Part shown: positions 1 through 10,040 of the stretch, piece by piece
How positions within the stretch are numbered: the stretch's first letter is position 1
How the letters are laid out: the number at the start of each line of letters is the position of its first letter
NCBI GenBank assembly: GCA_963851265.1
Contig: CAWKNZ010000002.1
Span: 480,001-544,000, forward strand
Source of the DNA: an uncultured Gemmatimonadales bacterium
GTDB lineage: Bacteria; Gemmatimonadota; Gemmatimonadetes; Gemmatimonadales; Gemmatimonadaceae
Direction of reading: 5' to 3'
DNA: 64,000 bases
The notes under the pieces: generated by a model
Database searches by the model: none
What the model saw: only the letters and a program-made list of their open reading frames with translations
Told to the model about the DNA's origin: nothing
Program-made: the position numbers and the translations under genes

Positions 1-537
1 GCGCGCCACCGCCCACTCGCGCGAGACCGTGATCGGCGCGATCCCGAGCGCCTCCGCCGTCTCCTCGACCGTGAGCCCGGTGAAGAAGCGCAGCTCGACG
101 ATCCGCGCCTGCCGCGGGTCCACGCGCGCGAGCGCCCGGAGCGCCTCGTCCACCCGCAACACGTCCGCGGCCGGGCCGGCGTCCGGCAGGTCGGGGTCGA
201 GCGTGACGAGCTGCCCGCCGCGCTTGGCCGCCTGCGCGCGCCGCGCGTGGTCGACCAGCAGCCGCCGCATCTGTTCGGCCGCCACCACGAAGAACTGCGT
301 GCGGTTCTGCCACCGCGCCCGCCGCTGCGCGACGAGGCGCAGGAACGCGTCGTGGACGAGCGCCGTCGGCTGCAGCGTGTGGTCCGCGCGCTCGCGCTTC
401 AGGTACGCCTCGGCCACGCGGTACAGCTCGTCGTAGACGGCCGCGGCGAGCCGGTCGACCGCGTGCGACCTCGCGTCGGCTCCGGCATCCCGGACGTCGT
501 GCAGGAGCTGCGTGATCGAGGCGGCTGACGCGGTCAC
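1..537 (-). CDS. ECF-type RNA polymerase sigma factor (TIGR02999-like), 3' end runs off the window
   Basis: Manual translation (not in ORF track): VTASAASITQLL...VYDELYRVAEAYLKRERADHTLQPTALVHDAFLRL...DPRQARIVELRFFTGLTVEETAEALGIAPITVSREW; GTG start at 537. Confidence 0.88.
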   Translation of the reverse strand, partial: MTASAASITQLLHDVRDAGADARSHAVDRLAAAVYDELYRVAEAYLKRERADHTLQPTALVHDAFLRLVAQRRARWQNRTQFFVVAAEQMRRLLVDHARRAQAAKRGGQLVTLDPDLPDAGPAADVLRVDEALRALARVDPRQARIVELRFFTGLTVEETAEALGIAPITVSREWAVAR

Positions 538-613
538 GGTGGGGCAGTGGAGGACCCGACAATATGCGCCGCCAGCCCGCGCGACGAAACGGCGGCGCGG
601 GGTGACGGGTCTG

Positions 614-1570
614 CTACGAGGCCCGACCCGTCACCCCCGCGAGGAACGGCAGCACCGCCGCGAACAGCGCGTCCGGCTGCTCGACGTACGGGACGTGCCC
701 GCACCGCTCCAGCACCGCGAGTCGCGCGCCCGCGACGGCCGCGACGAGCGCCTCGCTCGACGCGAGCGGGATCGGGTCCTCGCGCCCGTGCGCGACGAAC
801 ACCGGGCAGGCGATCCGGCCGAGGTGCGGCACCAGGTCGTAGTCGCCTAACGATTCCCAGACGCTCTGCTGCACCCGCCCGGTGACGCGGAACGGCGTGA
901 GGTCGCGCGCCCGCTCCGGATCGAAGAAGTACCCCGCCACGCTCAGCTCGAACGCGCGCTGCCGGTACGCCTCGGGGTCGCGCTCGCGCAGGCCGCCCGC
1001 TGCCAGCTCGGCGCGCATTGCCGCGATCCGCGGGTCCTGCGACCGCCGGGCGAACTCCCCCTCGAAGTGCTCGCGGAAGCGGCGCGTGACGGGCGCGGGG
1101 TCGATCAGCGTGAGCGAGGCGGGCGCGACCCTCGCGTGCGCGCTCGCGCCGCCGACGGGCGCGCCTAACGTCGCCAGCGCGACGCCGGCCGCGTCGAGCG
1201 CGTAGAGCAGCGCGAGCAGTCCGCCCCAGGAGTAGCCCACGAGGTGGAGCGGGCGGTCGCCGACGAGTTCGGCGGCGACGCGGGCGAGGTCGTCCACGTG
1301 GGTGCGCCAGGTGACCGGCCCCACGTCGTCGGCCGCCGTCTTCGAGCGCCCGCCGCCGCGCTGGTCGTAGAACACGCAGTCGTACCGATCAGCGAGCCGC
1401 AGCAACTGCGGCAGCAGGTACCGGTGGTCCGCGCCGGGACCGCCGTGGAGCACGAGCAGGCGGGGCGCGGCGGAGGTCGCCGGGCCGGGGCCCCAGGCGG
1501 CCCAGTAGAGCGGGCGGGTGGTCGTCGCGGTGTCGCCCGCGGCGCGAGGGGCGGGGATGGGGAGCGGCAT
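614..1570 (-). CDS. Alpha/beta hydrolase, proline iminopeptidase-like
   Basis: HGGPG, YDQRGGGRS, GYSWG nucleophile elbow, C-terminal GH; start taken at MPLPIP (alternative 1621). Confidence 0.85.
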   Translation of the reverse strand: MPLPIPAPRAAGDTATTTRPLYWAAWGPGPATSAAPRLLVLHGGPGADHRYLLPQLLRLADRYDCVFYDQRGGGRSKTAADDVGPVTWRTHVDDLARVAAELVGDRPLHLVGYSWGGLLALLYALDAAGVALATLGAPVGGASAHARVAPASLTLIDPAPVTRRFREHFEGEFARRSQDPRIAAMRAELAAGGLRERDPEAYRQRAFELSVAGYFFDPERARDLTPFRVTGRVQQSVWESLGDYDLVPHLGRIACPVFVAHGREDPIPLASSEALVAAVAGARLAVLERCGHVPYVEQPDALFAAVLPFLAGVTGRAS

Positions 1571-1656
1571 GGGGCGAAGATAGCCACGGCTCACCGGCGC
1601 TCCGCCGGCGCGCGCGCCCATGGCGTCCCGGTCGCCGGCGGCTCACGCCGAGCCCG

Positions 1657-2559
1657 TCACGCGAACCGCGCGACCACCCCCACCGTGTTCACGTGCACCG
1701 CGACCGTGTCCCGCACGTGCCGCCCGTAGCCGCCGGCGATCGTCGCGCACACCGGGATCCCCACCTCGCGGCACGCCTCCAGCACCATCCAGTCGCGCCG
1801 CACGAGCCCGTCGAACGTCAGCTTCAACCGGCCCAGGCGGTCCCCCTCGTGCGGGTCGGCGCCGGCGAGGTAGACGACGAGGTCGGGCGCCGCGTCGCGC
1901 AACACGCGCGGCAGGTGGGCGCCCAACAGGGCGAGGTACTCGGCGTCGCCCGTCCCGTCGGCCAACTCCACGTCGCGGGCCCCAGGGACCTTGTGGAAGG
2001 GGAAGTTCTTCGCACCGTGCATCGAAAACGTGTACACGTCGGGGTCGCCCGCGAAGCACGCGTGCGTGCCGTTCCCCTGGTGCACGTCGAGGTCGACCAC
2101 GCACGCCCGGCGCACGTGCCCGGCGCGTTGCAATCGACGGATCGCAACGGCGACGTCGTTGAAGGTGCAGAACCCCTCGCCCCGGTCTGGGAACGCGTGG
2201 TGCGTGCCGCCCGCGAGGTTCATCGCCACGCCGTACTGCAGCGCGGCCTCCGCGGCCTCGCACGTGCCGCGTACCACGCGGTACGCGCGCTCGACGAACG
2301 CCGGCGACCAGGGAAGTCCGATGCGCCGCTGCTCGGCGTAGGGCAGGGTGCCGTCGGTGACCTGCCCGACGTACTCGGGCGTGTGGACGAGGAGCAGGTC
2401 GTCGAGCGGCGCCCGCGGCGGGTCGTGCATCCGCTCCGGCGGCACCAGCCCCGCGGCGAGCACACCCTCGCGCAGCAGGGCGTACTTCGCCATCGGGAAG
2501 CGGTGACCTTCGGGCAGCGGGATCGCGTACGCCGCGGAGGACCAGAGGTGGAGCGGCAC
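1657..2559 (-). CDS. Histone deacetylase family protein
   Basis: GGTHHA, GFCTFND, DLDVHQGNGT, GADPHEGD, GGY motifs. Confidence 0.93.
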   Translation of the reverse strand: MPLHLWSSAAYAIPLPEGHRFPMAKYALLREGVLAAGLVPPERMHDPPRAPLDDLLLVHTPEYVGQVTDGTLPYAEQRRIGLPWSPAFVERAYRVVRGTCEAAEAALQYGVAMNLAGGTHHAFPDRGEGFCTFNDVAVAIRRLQRAGHVRRACVVDLDVHQGNGTHACFAGDPDVYTFSMHGAKNFPFHKVPGARDVELADGTGDAEYLALLGAHLPRVLRDAAPDLVVYLAGADPHEGDRLGRLKLTFDGLVRRDWMVLEACREVGIPVCATIAGGYGRHVRDTVAVHVNTVGVVARFA

Positions 2560-2612
2560 GTCGGGAAGGCCGGCGGGCGCGCGCCGCGGCGCCTGACGAA
2601 CCGTCGACTGCG

Positions 2613-3965
2613 CTACCGCGCCGCCACCGCCGTCGCGGCGCCGTTCTGCACGTACACCACGCCGCCCTTCATCACGAAGCTGACGCGCTGCGTGACCGTG
2701 ATGTCCTGCAGCGGATCCCCCGGCACGGCGACCACGTCGGCCAGCCGTCCCGCCGCGAGCGTGCCCACGCGGTCCTGCCAGCCGAGCAGGCGCGCCGCCG
2801 TCGACGTCCCGGCGACGATCGCCTGCATCGGCGTCATCCCCGAGCGCACCATCAGCCCGAACTCCTCCGCGTTCTTACCGTGCGGCCCGACGCCCGCGTC
2901 CGTGCCTAACGCGATCGGGATGCCGTAGCGCAGCGCGAGCTGGACGCGCCGCGGACCGGCCGCGTACGCCGCGAGCGCCTTCTGCGCGCGCAGCCCCTTG
3001 AGCGTGCCGTTCTCCGCCGCCGTCTTCGACGCCTCCATCGCCTGCAGCGTCGGGACGAGGTACGTGCCGCGCGCCTTCATCATCCGCGCGCCCTCCTCAT
3101 CGAGGAACGTGCCGTGCTCGATGCTCGTCACCCCCGCCTGCACCGCCAGCCGGATCCCCTCGGCCCCGTGCGCGTGCGCGGCGACCGGGCGTTCGAGCTT
3201 CTTCGCCTCGCCCACGATCGCCTGCATCTCTTCGAGCGTGTACTGCGTGGCGCCGATCGCGTCCCCCTCCGAGAGCACGCCGCCCGTCGCGCAGATCTTG
3301 ATCACGTCGGCGCCGTACTTCACCTGGTAGCGCACGGCCTTGCGCCCCTCGTCCGCGCCGTCGGCCACGCCGGTGCGGTAGTCGGCGTCGGCCAGCCCCG
3401 GCTTGAAGCCGTTCTCGTCGCAGTGGCCGCCCGTGATGCCGAACGAGTGCCCCGCGTTCTCCATCCGCGGGCCGACGGCGTGCCCCTCGTCGACGATCTT
3501 GCGCAGCGCCATGTCGTCGAAGTCGGGCGACCCCACGTTGCGGATGCTCGTGAAGCCCGCCATCAGCGTCTTGCGCGCGTTCTCCGCGCCCAGCAGCGCG
3601 TTGTAGGCGGGAAAGTCGCGCACGATCGCGTCGTCGCCGCCGGGCTGGCTCAGCGAGCGCCCGATGATGTGCGTGTGCGCGTCGATGAAGCCGGGCATGA
3701 GCGTGACGTCGCCGAGGTCGACTACGCGGGCACCGCTCGGGATGGTCACGCTCGCGGCCGGGCCGGCGGCGGTGATCCGGTCGCCGGTGATCACGACGGC
3801 CGCGTCGCGCACCGTGGCGGCACCGGTTCCGTCGATGAGGCGCGTGGCGCGAAGCACGACCGTCTGCCGCGCGACCTCGGGCGTGGCGGCGGGGAACTGC
3901 GCGGCGGCCGGGCGCGAAGCGGACAGGCCGAACAGCGCGAGCGAGGCGAGCGTGAGGCGGCGCAT
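2613..3965 (-). CDS. Secreted metal-dependent amidohydrolase (Xaa-Pro dipeptidase-like)
   Basis: Signal peptide MRRLTLASLALFGLS; PGFIDAHTH, AHAHG, SIEHG, GTDAG motifs. Confidence 0.9.
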   Translation of the reverse strand: MRRLTLASLALFGLSASRPAAAQFPAATPEVARQTVVLRATRLIDGTGAATVRDAAVVITGDRITAAGPAASVTIPSGARVVDLGDVTLMPGFIDAHTHIIGRSLSQPGGDDAIVRDFPAYNALLGAENARKTLMAGFTSIRNVGSPDFDDMALRKIVDEGHAVGPRMENAGHSFGITGGHCDENGFKPGLADADYRTGVADGADEGRKAVRYQVKYGADVIKICATGGVLSEGDAIGATQYTLEEMQAIVGEAKKLERPVAAHAHGAEGIRLAVQAGVTSIEHGTFLDEEGARMMKARGTYLVPTLQAMEASKTAAENGTLKGLRAQKALAAYAAGPRRVQLALRYGIPIALGTDAGVGPHGKNAEEFGLMVRSGMTPMQAIVAGTSTAARLLGWQDRVGTLAAGRLADVVAVPGDPLQDITVTQRVSFVMKGGVVYVQNGAATAVAAR

Positions 3966-4015
3966 GGGGCGCGGGGGGTGGGGGAGGCGGGGCAGGGCGG
4001 GAGGGAACGCTGAAG

Positions 4016-4933
4016 TTACGCGCGCAGGCCCCGAGCGTTGCGGTCGGCCGCCGCGACGCGGCGCAGCCGCCGGAGAGCGAGCGCCCCGACGCCGACCGAT
4101 ACGAGCACGCCGCCCGCCGCCGGCCAGAACACGCGCGGGTCGTGCGCCATGCGGAGCAGCGCACCCTCGTCGGTGCGCGGCGTGAGCACCCCGAGCACGA
4201 TCAGCGACGCGTTGTACGCGCCGTGGAGTACCACGCTCGGCCAGATCGACCTCGTGGCCCACGCGGCGTATCCCGAGGCGACCGCGAAGCCGAAGCGCAG
4301 CGGGAACCCGAACAGCTGCGCGTGCGCGGCCGCGAACGCGAACGCGGTGACCGCGATGGCGCCCCACGCTGGCAATCGCCGCTCGAGGCCGCGCTGCATC
4401 CAGCCGCGAAACAGGAACTCCTCGAGCAGCGGCGCCACCGCGGCCGCGAGGACCAGCAGCGCGACGGCGCCGAACGGCTGCCGCAGGTACGCGCCCGTCA
4501 TGCCGTCGTCGTCGTGCGGCACGGCCAGCACGCGCGGCAGCACGACGAGCGCGCACTGCGTTCCCGCAATCACGGCAGCCGCGGTGGCGGCGACCCACGG
4601 CCACGCGCCCGCCGGCACCGGGCGCAGGCGGAAGTGCGCCGCGCGCCACCATTCGCGCCGCCGCACCACGCGCACCACGAACCACCAGACGAACGCCGCG
4701 GCCACGGTCGCGTTGACCACGGCGCCGGCGAGCGGCGGGACGAGAAAGTGCACCGCGCCCGGGCCGATCGGCAGGCGCGGCAGCATGAACACCGCCTGCA
4801 CGAGGCCCCAGAGCACCACCGCCCCCGCGCGCCGCAGCCAGAGCGCGGACCCGCGCGGCCGCGCGCCCGGCGGGCGTGGCGGGGCCGCGAGCCCCGCGCG
4901 CGGCGCGGGGCTCGACGTCGCCGCCGCGGTCAC
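4016..4933 (-). CDS. CPBP/CAAX (Abi) family intramembrane metalloprotease
   Basis: EEFLFRG, FAAAH and HxxYN motifs in hydrophobic helices; GTG start overlaps upstream TGA. Confidence 0.85.
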   Translation of the reverse strand: MTAAATSSPAPRAGLAAPPRPPGARPRGSALWLRRAGAVVLWGLVQAVFMLPRLPIGPGAVHFLVPPLAGAVVNATVAAAFVWWFVVRVVRRREWWRAAHFRLRPVPAGAWPWVAATAAAVIAGTQCALVVLPRVLAVPHDDDGMTGAYLRQPFGAVALLVLAAAVAPLLEEFLFRGWMQRGLERRLPAWGAIAVTAFAFAAAHAQLFGFPLRFGFAVASGYAAWATRSIWPSVVLHGAYNASLIVLGVLTPRTDEGALLRMAHDPRVFWPAAGGVLVSVGVGALALRRLRRVAAADRNARGLRA

Positions 4934-6387
4934 TCCCCGCGCCGGCCTAACGTCACGCTCGTGCGCACCCGCTCGCCGCCGCGCAGCACCACCACGGCGA
5001 CCACGTCGCCCGGCGCGTGGCTGTAGAGCGCGTCGGTGTAGCTGTACAGGTCGGTCACCGGCTTCCCGCCGAACTCCACGACCAGGTCGCCGCCCTTGAG
5101 CCCGGCCCTGTCGGCGGGACTCCCCGGCGTGACGCCCTGCAGCTTGAGCCCCTTCACGTCGTCGGCCGACATGTCGGGCACCGAGCCCAGGTACGGCTGC
5201 GGGCCGCCCGAACCCGGCCCGCTGGCCATCGTCGGCCGCGCCGGTGCGCGGCGGAACGTGAGCCGCGCCGGCCGGTCCGCCACGCGCCGCAGCACGCCCT
5301 CGGCGAGCGCGATCACGCGCGCCTCGCCGGGCGCGTTGATCTTCGCGGCCACGTCGGTCGCGGCGTGGTAGTCCGCGTGCTGGTCGGTGAAGAAGTGCAG
5401 CACCGGGACGCCCGCTTCGTAGAACGACGCGTGGTCGCTCGGCCCCTCGCCGTCGCCTAACGCCTTCACCTGCAGCCGCGGGCCCGCCGCGTTCGACGAG
5501 TCGAGGAGCGCCGGCAGCTCGTCGGCCGTCGCGACGCCGTACACCAGCAGCTTGTCGTTCGCGAGCCGCCCGACCATGTCGAAGTTGAGCATCGCGCTCG
5601 CGCTGTCGAGCGGCAGCGGGCTGTGCGCGACGAAGTACTGCGAGCCGAGCACGCCGAGCTCCTCGCCGCTGAACGCCACGAAGAGTACCGAGCGGCGCGC
5701 CGGGCGCGCCGAGACGCGCGCCGCGAGCTCGAGCACCGCGGCCACGCCCGACGCGTTGTCGTCCGCACCGGGGTGGACGACCGCGCCGGCCTTGGGGTCG
5801 GTCGCGAACTGCGTCTCGCGGCCGAGGTGGTCGTAGTGGGCGCCCACCACCACCACCTGCCCGCGGAGCGCCGGGTCGGTGCCCGCGACGAGGCCGACCA
5901 CGTTCTCGGCCGGGAGGGCGAACGGCTTGCCCGCGTGCGCGAGCGCCGCGGAGCGGGCCGAGAAGCGCTGGTAGTAGCTCGCGCACGGAACGCTGTCCGC
6001 GGCGTCCGCGCCGGTCACCCCCGACGCGTTCGGCCCCGACGCGTTCGGCCCCGAAGCGTAGTCGCGGGCGGGACCGGGGACGGCCGACACGTGGGTCGCG
6101 CACCGCTCCGCGTCCGCCGGGTCGACGACGACGGGCGTGAGCCCGAGAGTGCCGAACCGCCGCGCCACGTACGCCGCGGCCGTGTCCGCGCCGGGCGAGC
6201 CGGTGAAGCGCCCCTCCAGCCGCGGGCTCGCGAGGTAGGCGATGTCGGCCTGCACGCGCGCGGCGACCGCGGCGGTCGAGGTGTCCGCCCTCGCCCGGCC
6301 GCGGTGGTCGGCGTGTTGGGCCGGCAGCACCGCCGGCGCGCCGAGGAGCACGCCCGCGGCCAGTCGGAGGGAACGTCGCAGCAGCAT
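4930..6387 (-). CDS. M28 family peptidase with C-terminal PDZ domain
   Basis: GAHYDHLG, GADDNASG, GEELG, NFDMVG, SDH, YH; YLGSVPD...GSPADRAGLKGGD PDZ. Confidence 0.92.
   Translation of the reverse strand: MLLRRSLRLAAGVLLGAPAVLPAQHADHRGRARADTSTAAVAARVQADIAYLASPRLEGRFTGSPGADTAAAYVARRFGTLGLTPVVVDPADAERCATHVSAVPGPARDYASGPNASGPNASGVTGADAADSVPCASYYQRFSARSAALAHAGKPFALPAENVVGLVAGTDPALRGQVVVVGAHYDHLGRETQFATDPKAGAVVHPGADDNASGVAAVLELAARVSARPARRSVLFVAFSGEELGVLGSQYFVAHSPLPLDSASAMLNFDMVGRLANDKLLVYGVATADELPALLDSSNAAGPRLQVKALGDGEGPSDHASFYEAGVPVLHFFTDQHADYHAATDVAAKINAPGEARVIALAEGVLRRVADRPARLTFRRAPARPTMASGPGSGGPQPYLGSVPDMSADDVKGLKLQGVTPGSPADRAGLKGGDLVVEFGGKPVTDLYSYTDALYSHAPGDVVAVVVLRGGERVRTSVTLGRRGE
6019..6059 (+). 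repeat. 15-bp in-frame tandem repeat (about 2.7 copies) in the M28 peptidase
   Basis: CCCCGACGCGTTCGG x2 plus CCCCGAAGCGT; encodes ASGPN-ASGPN-ASG. Confidence 0.85.
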
Positions 6388-6398
6388 CCGGCGCCGCC

Positions 6399-7469
6399 TC
6401 AGCGGTCGGTGAAGTCGGTGTCCGCGGTCACGGAGCGGCACGCCTCGGCGATGACCTCAGCCGCGCGGTCCAGGTCGTCGAGCGCGACCATCTCGTTAGG
6501 CGAGTGCATGTAGCGGTTGGGGATCGAGACGAGCGCCGTCGCCACCCCGGCCGTCGCGTTGTGGATCGCGTCGGCGTCGGTGAAGCTCTCGCGTCCGGCG
6601 GCGTGCAGCTGGAACGGCACGCCCAGGCGCTCGGCCGCCTCGCGCACGAACCGGTACGCCACGGGCGACACCACCGAGCCGCGCGTGAACACCGGCCCGC
6701 CGCCGAGCGTCGCCTCGCCCACCTCCTTCTTCTCGACCCCGGGGTGGTCCGTCGCGAAGGTCACGTCGACGACCACCGCCATCTGCGGCTGCACGCGCAC
6801 GGCGCTCGGGAGCGCGCCGCCGCCGCGCCACGCGATCTCCTCCTGCGTGGTCGCCACCGCCGCCACGCGCGCCGCGCCCGGCCGCTCGGCGTAGCGCCGC
6901 AGCGCCTCGACCACGACGAACGCGCCCACGCGGTTGTCGATCGAGCGCGAGACGATCCGGCCGTTAGGCAGCTCCAGCAGCGGCGTGTCCAGCACGCCCG
7001 CGTCGCCCACCTCGAGCCGCGCGAGCGTCTCGGCCTTGTTGGCCGAACCGATGTCGACCCACAGGTCGGTCAGCTTCGAGGCCTTCTCGCGCTCCTCCGG
7101 CTTCATGAGGTGGATCGGCTTCTTGCCGACCACGCCGAGCACGGCGCCGCCGCGCCCCTCGAAGCGCACGCGCTGGCCGACGAGCACCTGCGGGTCCCAC
7201 CCGCCGATCGCGCCGACGTAGACGTAGCCCTCCGCGTCGACGTGCGTGACGATGAGGCCGATCTCGTCGACGTGCCCGGCCAGGAGAATGGTCGGCGCCC
7301 CCGGTGCGCCGCCGGCGATCGCGTAACTGTTGCCGAGCACGTCCGACGAGACGTCGGCGAACGCGCGGGCGTACTCGCGCCAGACGCGGGCGGGGCCGCG
7401 CTCGAAGCCGGACGGGCCCGGGGTGTCCAGCAGGCGCTTCAGAAAGGAGGTCGAGAGGTCGTTGAGCAT
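6399..7469 (-). CDS. M42 family metallopeptidase (TET-type aminopeptidase)
   Basis: GHVDEIG, IDNRVG, TQEEI, VDVT, TDAD, RYMHSPNE. Confidence 0.93.
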   Translation of the reverse strand: MLNDLSTSFLKRLLDTPGPSGFERGPARVWREYARAFADVSSDVLGNSYAIAGGAPGAPTILLAGHVDEIGLIVTHVDAEGYVYVGAIGGWDPQVLVGQRVRFEGRGGAVLGVVGKKPIHLMKPEEREKASKLTDLWVDIGSANKAETLARLEVGDAGVLDTPLLELPNGRIVSRSIDNRVGAFVVVEALRRYAERPGAARVAAVATTQEEIAWRGGGALPSAVRVQPQMAVVVDVTFATDHPGVEKKEVGEATLGGGPVFTRGSVVSPVAYRFVREAAERLGVPFQLHAAGRESFTDADAIHNATAGVATALVSIPNRYMHSPNEMVALDDLDRAAEVIAEACRSVTADTDFTDR

Positions 7470-7561
7470 GAGGCGGACGAACGCGGCAACGCCTCACGCT
7501 TGTCAACCCCGGCGTGCGACGCGGACCTTGTGAACACCGGCGCGAGGAGGAAAGTTGCCGC

Positions 7562-7927
7562 ATGGTTCTCATCTTCCTGGCGATCGGCCTCGCCGCGGGC
7601 GTGCTCTCCGGACTGTTCGGGATCGGCGGCGGCATCGTCATCGTCCCGGCGCTTCTCTACTTCGCCCAGATGCAGCCGGCCCAGGCGACCGGGACCTCGC
7701 TCGGCGCGCTCCTCCTCCCCGTCGGCGTGCTAGGCGCGTGGGAGTACTACAAGACCGGCGCGCTCGACGTACGCGCGTCGCTGCTCGTGGCGGCCGGACT
7801 CACGGTCGGCGCGTACTTCGGCGCCCGCCTCAACCACCTGCTCTCGCCCGTGCAGGCCAAGCGCGCCTTCGCCCTGTTCCTCGCCGCGGTCGCGGTCCGG
7901 CTCTGGGTGACGGCGAAGGGGAGCTGA
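7562..7927 (+). CDS. Sulfite exporter TauE/SafE family protein, half-size (121 aa)
   Basis: GLAAGVLSGLFGIGGGIVIVP...ATGTSL signature; about 4 TM helices. Confidence 0.85.
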   Translation: MVLIFLAIGLAAGVLSGLFGIGGGIVIVPALLYFAQMQPAQATGTSLGALLLPVGVLGAWEYYKTGALDVRASLLVAAGLTVGAYFGARLNHLLSPVQAKRAFALFLAAVAVRLWVTAKGS

Positions 7928-7959
7928 CGCCCCGGAACGCCCGAGCCCACCCGGGCGGG

Positions 7960-8610
7960 TCAACCGGTCACGGCCGGCGTCCCGCCCCGCACCAGGTCCG
8001 CGACGAGGGCGGCCGCCTCGTCTATCCCGACGCGCCCGGTGTTGATCTGGACGTCGTAGAGCAGGGGATCGTTCCAGTCGCGCCGGTGGTGGCGTTGGAT
8101 GTACCGGCCGCGCTCGTCGTCCATCCGCCGGGCCTCCGTCGCCGCACGCGCCGCGTGCCAACCGAGCCGCGACGCCACCCGGTGTGCGCGCGCCTCCACG
8201 GGCGCGACGAGCCGGACGTGAAAACTCCCCGGGCGCTGGTGGAACAGGCACTGCGCGCCGTGCCCGACGACGACCACCGGTGGCGCTTGCGCCGCCTCCA
8301 CGATCACCCGCCGTACCGCATCGGCGACGTCGTCGGGGCCGAGCCGTTCGTGGGCGGGGACGTAGGCGGACGGGAGTTCGGGCGGGAGGACGAACATCGC
8401 GGCCGCGATGCGCGACAGGCGCGTCGGCGGGTGCTCGTCGAGCCGCTCCACCACGGACGCGTCCAGCGCGAGCTGCTCGGCCACGTGGTAGACGATCGCG
8501 CGGTCGAGCACCGGCCAGCCGAGCCTGGCGCCGAGGGCCTCGGCGAACTCGCTGCCGCCGCTGCCGAACTCGCGGGAGACGGTGATGAGGTCGATCGGTT
8601 GGGTGGGCAT
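7960..8610 (-). CDS. Cytidylate kinase-like family protein
   Basis: ITVSREFGSGG P-loop variant; D..R..Y; DPLLYDVQINT. Confidence 0.88.
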   Translation of the reverse strand: MPTQPIDLITVSREFGSGGSEFAEALGARLGWPVLDRAIVYHVAEQLALDASVVERLDEHPPTRLSRIAAAMFVLPPELPSAYVPAHERLGPDDVADAVRRVIVEAAQAPPVVVVGHGAQCLFHQRPGSFHVRLVAPVEARAHRVASRLGWHAARAATEARRMDDERGRYIQRHHRRDWNDPLLYDVQINTGRVGIDEAAALVADLVRGGTPAVTG

Positions 8611-8791
8611 CGTCCGGTCCTCGTGACGGCGTCGTGTGGGTCGCACGGGGTGTACATGAAGAGTACGACGCGTACCGCATCGGCGTTGCCCCGCCGGCCT
8701 GCACGTCCGGCGCCGAGTGCGCGGGCGGCGCCCGGCGACGTCGGCCGCCGGGGCGGGCTCCGTCCTGGAAGGCCCCGCCCCGGCGGCTCCG

Positions 8792-9706
8792 TTAGGCCAC
8801 GCGCGTCGCGCGCGACGCGTCGGGCGAGCCGAAGCACTGCGGGTGGAACAGGCGTGCGAAGAGTTCGACTCCGTCGACCAGGCGCGGCCCGGGGCGGCTC
8901 ACGTACGCGTTCGCGTCGACGGCCCACACCGCGCGCCCGCCGAGCCACCGCCAGTCCTGGTGCGCCAGAAGCGCGCGGGCCTCCGCGGTCGCCCGCGGCA
9001 GATCGTACCCGCACGGGGCGACGATGACGACTTCGGGGTCGGCCGCCGCGAGCACGTCGACCGGGACCGTCGTCGAGTGCGCGCCCGCGGTGCCGAGCAC
9101 GTCGACCCCGCCGGCGCGGCGCACCATCTCGGGGCCCCAGTGGCCGGCGAGGAATACGGGCTCGGTCCACTCCACCACGGCGACGCGCGGACGCGGCGCG
9201 CGGGCCGCCTTGAGCGCCTCGTGCACCGCGGCGAGCCGGGCGCCGAGCGCCGCCGCCAGCGCCTCGCCCGCAGGCTGTCGGCCGAGCGCTTCCGCCACGC
9301 GGCGGACATCGTCGCAGACGCCGGCGAGGGTCGTCCCGCCGAGCGTGACGACGGCGGGGGGCGACCCGGTCGTGGCGCCGAGACGCGCCGCGATCGCGCA
9401 CACGTCGTCCTGCGACACCGCGCACACGTCGCAGAGCGCCTGCGTGAGCAGCACGTCGGGGCGGAGCGCGGCGATGGCGCCGTCATCGAGGGTGAACATC
9501 GGCGCGCCCGCGGCGGCCGCGGTGCGCACGGCGGCGTCCACCTCGCCCGGCGGGGCGTGTACCGGGACGGCGCTCGCCGTCACCCGCGGCCGTCCCGCAG
9601 CCTCGGGCGGGAAGTCGCATTCGTGCGTGACACCGGCGACGGAATCGAACGCGCCTAATGCGGCACAGATTTCGGTGGCCGCGGGGAGGAGGGAGACGAC
9701 GCGCAT
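8792..9706 (-). CDS. Cobalamin/Fe-siderophore-type substrate-binding protein (BtuF-like)
   Basis: MRVVSLLPAATEI...GVTHECDFP...TQALCDVCAV...PCGY...SRPGPRLVDG. Confidence 0.85.
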   Translation of the reverse strand: MRVVSLLPAATEICAALGAFDSVAGVTHECDFPPEAAGRPRVTASAVPVHAPPGEVDAAVRTAAAAGAPMFTLDDGAIAALRPDVLLTQALCDVCAVSQDDVCAIAARLGATTGSPPAVVTLGGTTLAGVCDDVRRVAEALGRQPAGEALAAALGARLAAVHEALKAARAPRPRVAVVEWTEPVFLAGHWGPEMVRRAGGVDVLGTAGAHSTTVPVDVLAAADPEVVIVAPCGYDLPRATAEARALLAHQDWRWLGGRAVWAVDANAYVSRPGPRLVDGVELFARLFHPQCFGSPDASRATRVA

Positions 9707-9719
9707 GAAATGAGTCAGG

Positions 9720-10040
9720 GTGAGCCCGCGCGCGCCGGCCGACGGCCGCGCGCGCGGTCGATGTGGACAATCGCGGCGCATGGCGCGCCGCGTACGTCGC
9801 GAGCGAGTCGTGGACGCGGACGTGGTGCGCGCGTGCGTCGGCGAGTGCGTCACGGTCCGCGACGAGTTCCTGCCGGATCGCCGCGAGCGCCTGCGCCGTG
9901 CGCGCCCGCTGCGCACGGTTCTGTGCCCAGTCGTTGACGACGAAGCCGAGCACCACTCCGAAGACGATGAGAAGTGAGTCGACGACCGGCTTCGCCAGTC
10001 CCGGTGCGCGCGCGCCGCGCGCCCCCGGCGCGTCGCTCAC
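9720..10040 (-). pseudogene. Probable truncated remnant of a single-TM coiled-coil membrane protein
   Basis: GTG overlapping the EamA stop; DSLLIVFGVVLGFVVNDWAQNRAQRART...LAAIRQELVADR looks genuine, then the frame degenerates and runs 224 nt into the next gene before a stop at 9483. Confidence 0.45.

Noticed and set aside
2613..4685. 690-aa ORF suggesting an N-terminally extended amidohydrolase
   Set aside because: The extension is a shadow frame over the CPBP gene; a clear signal peptide begins at 3965.
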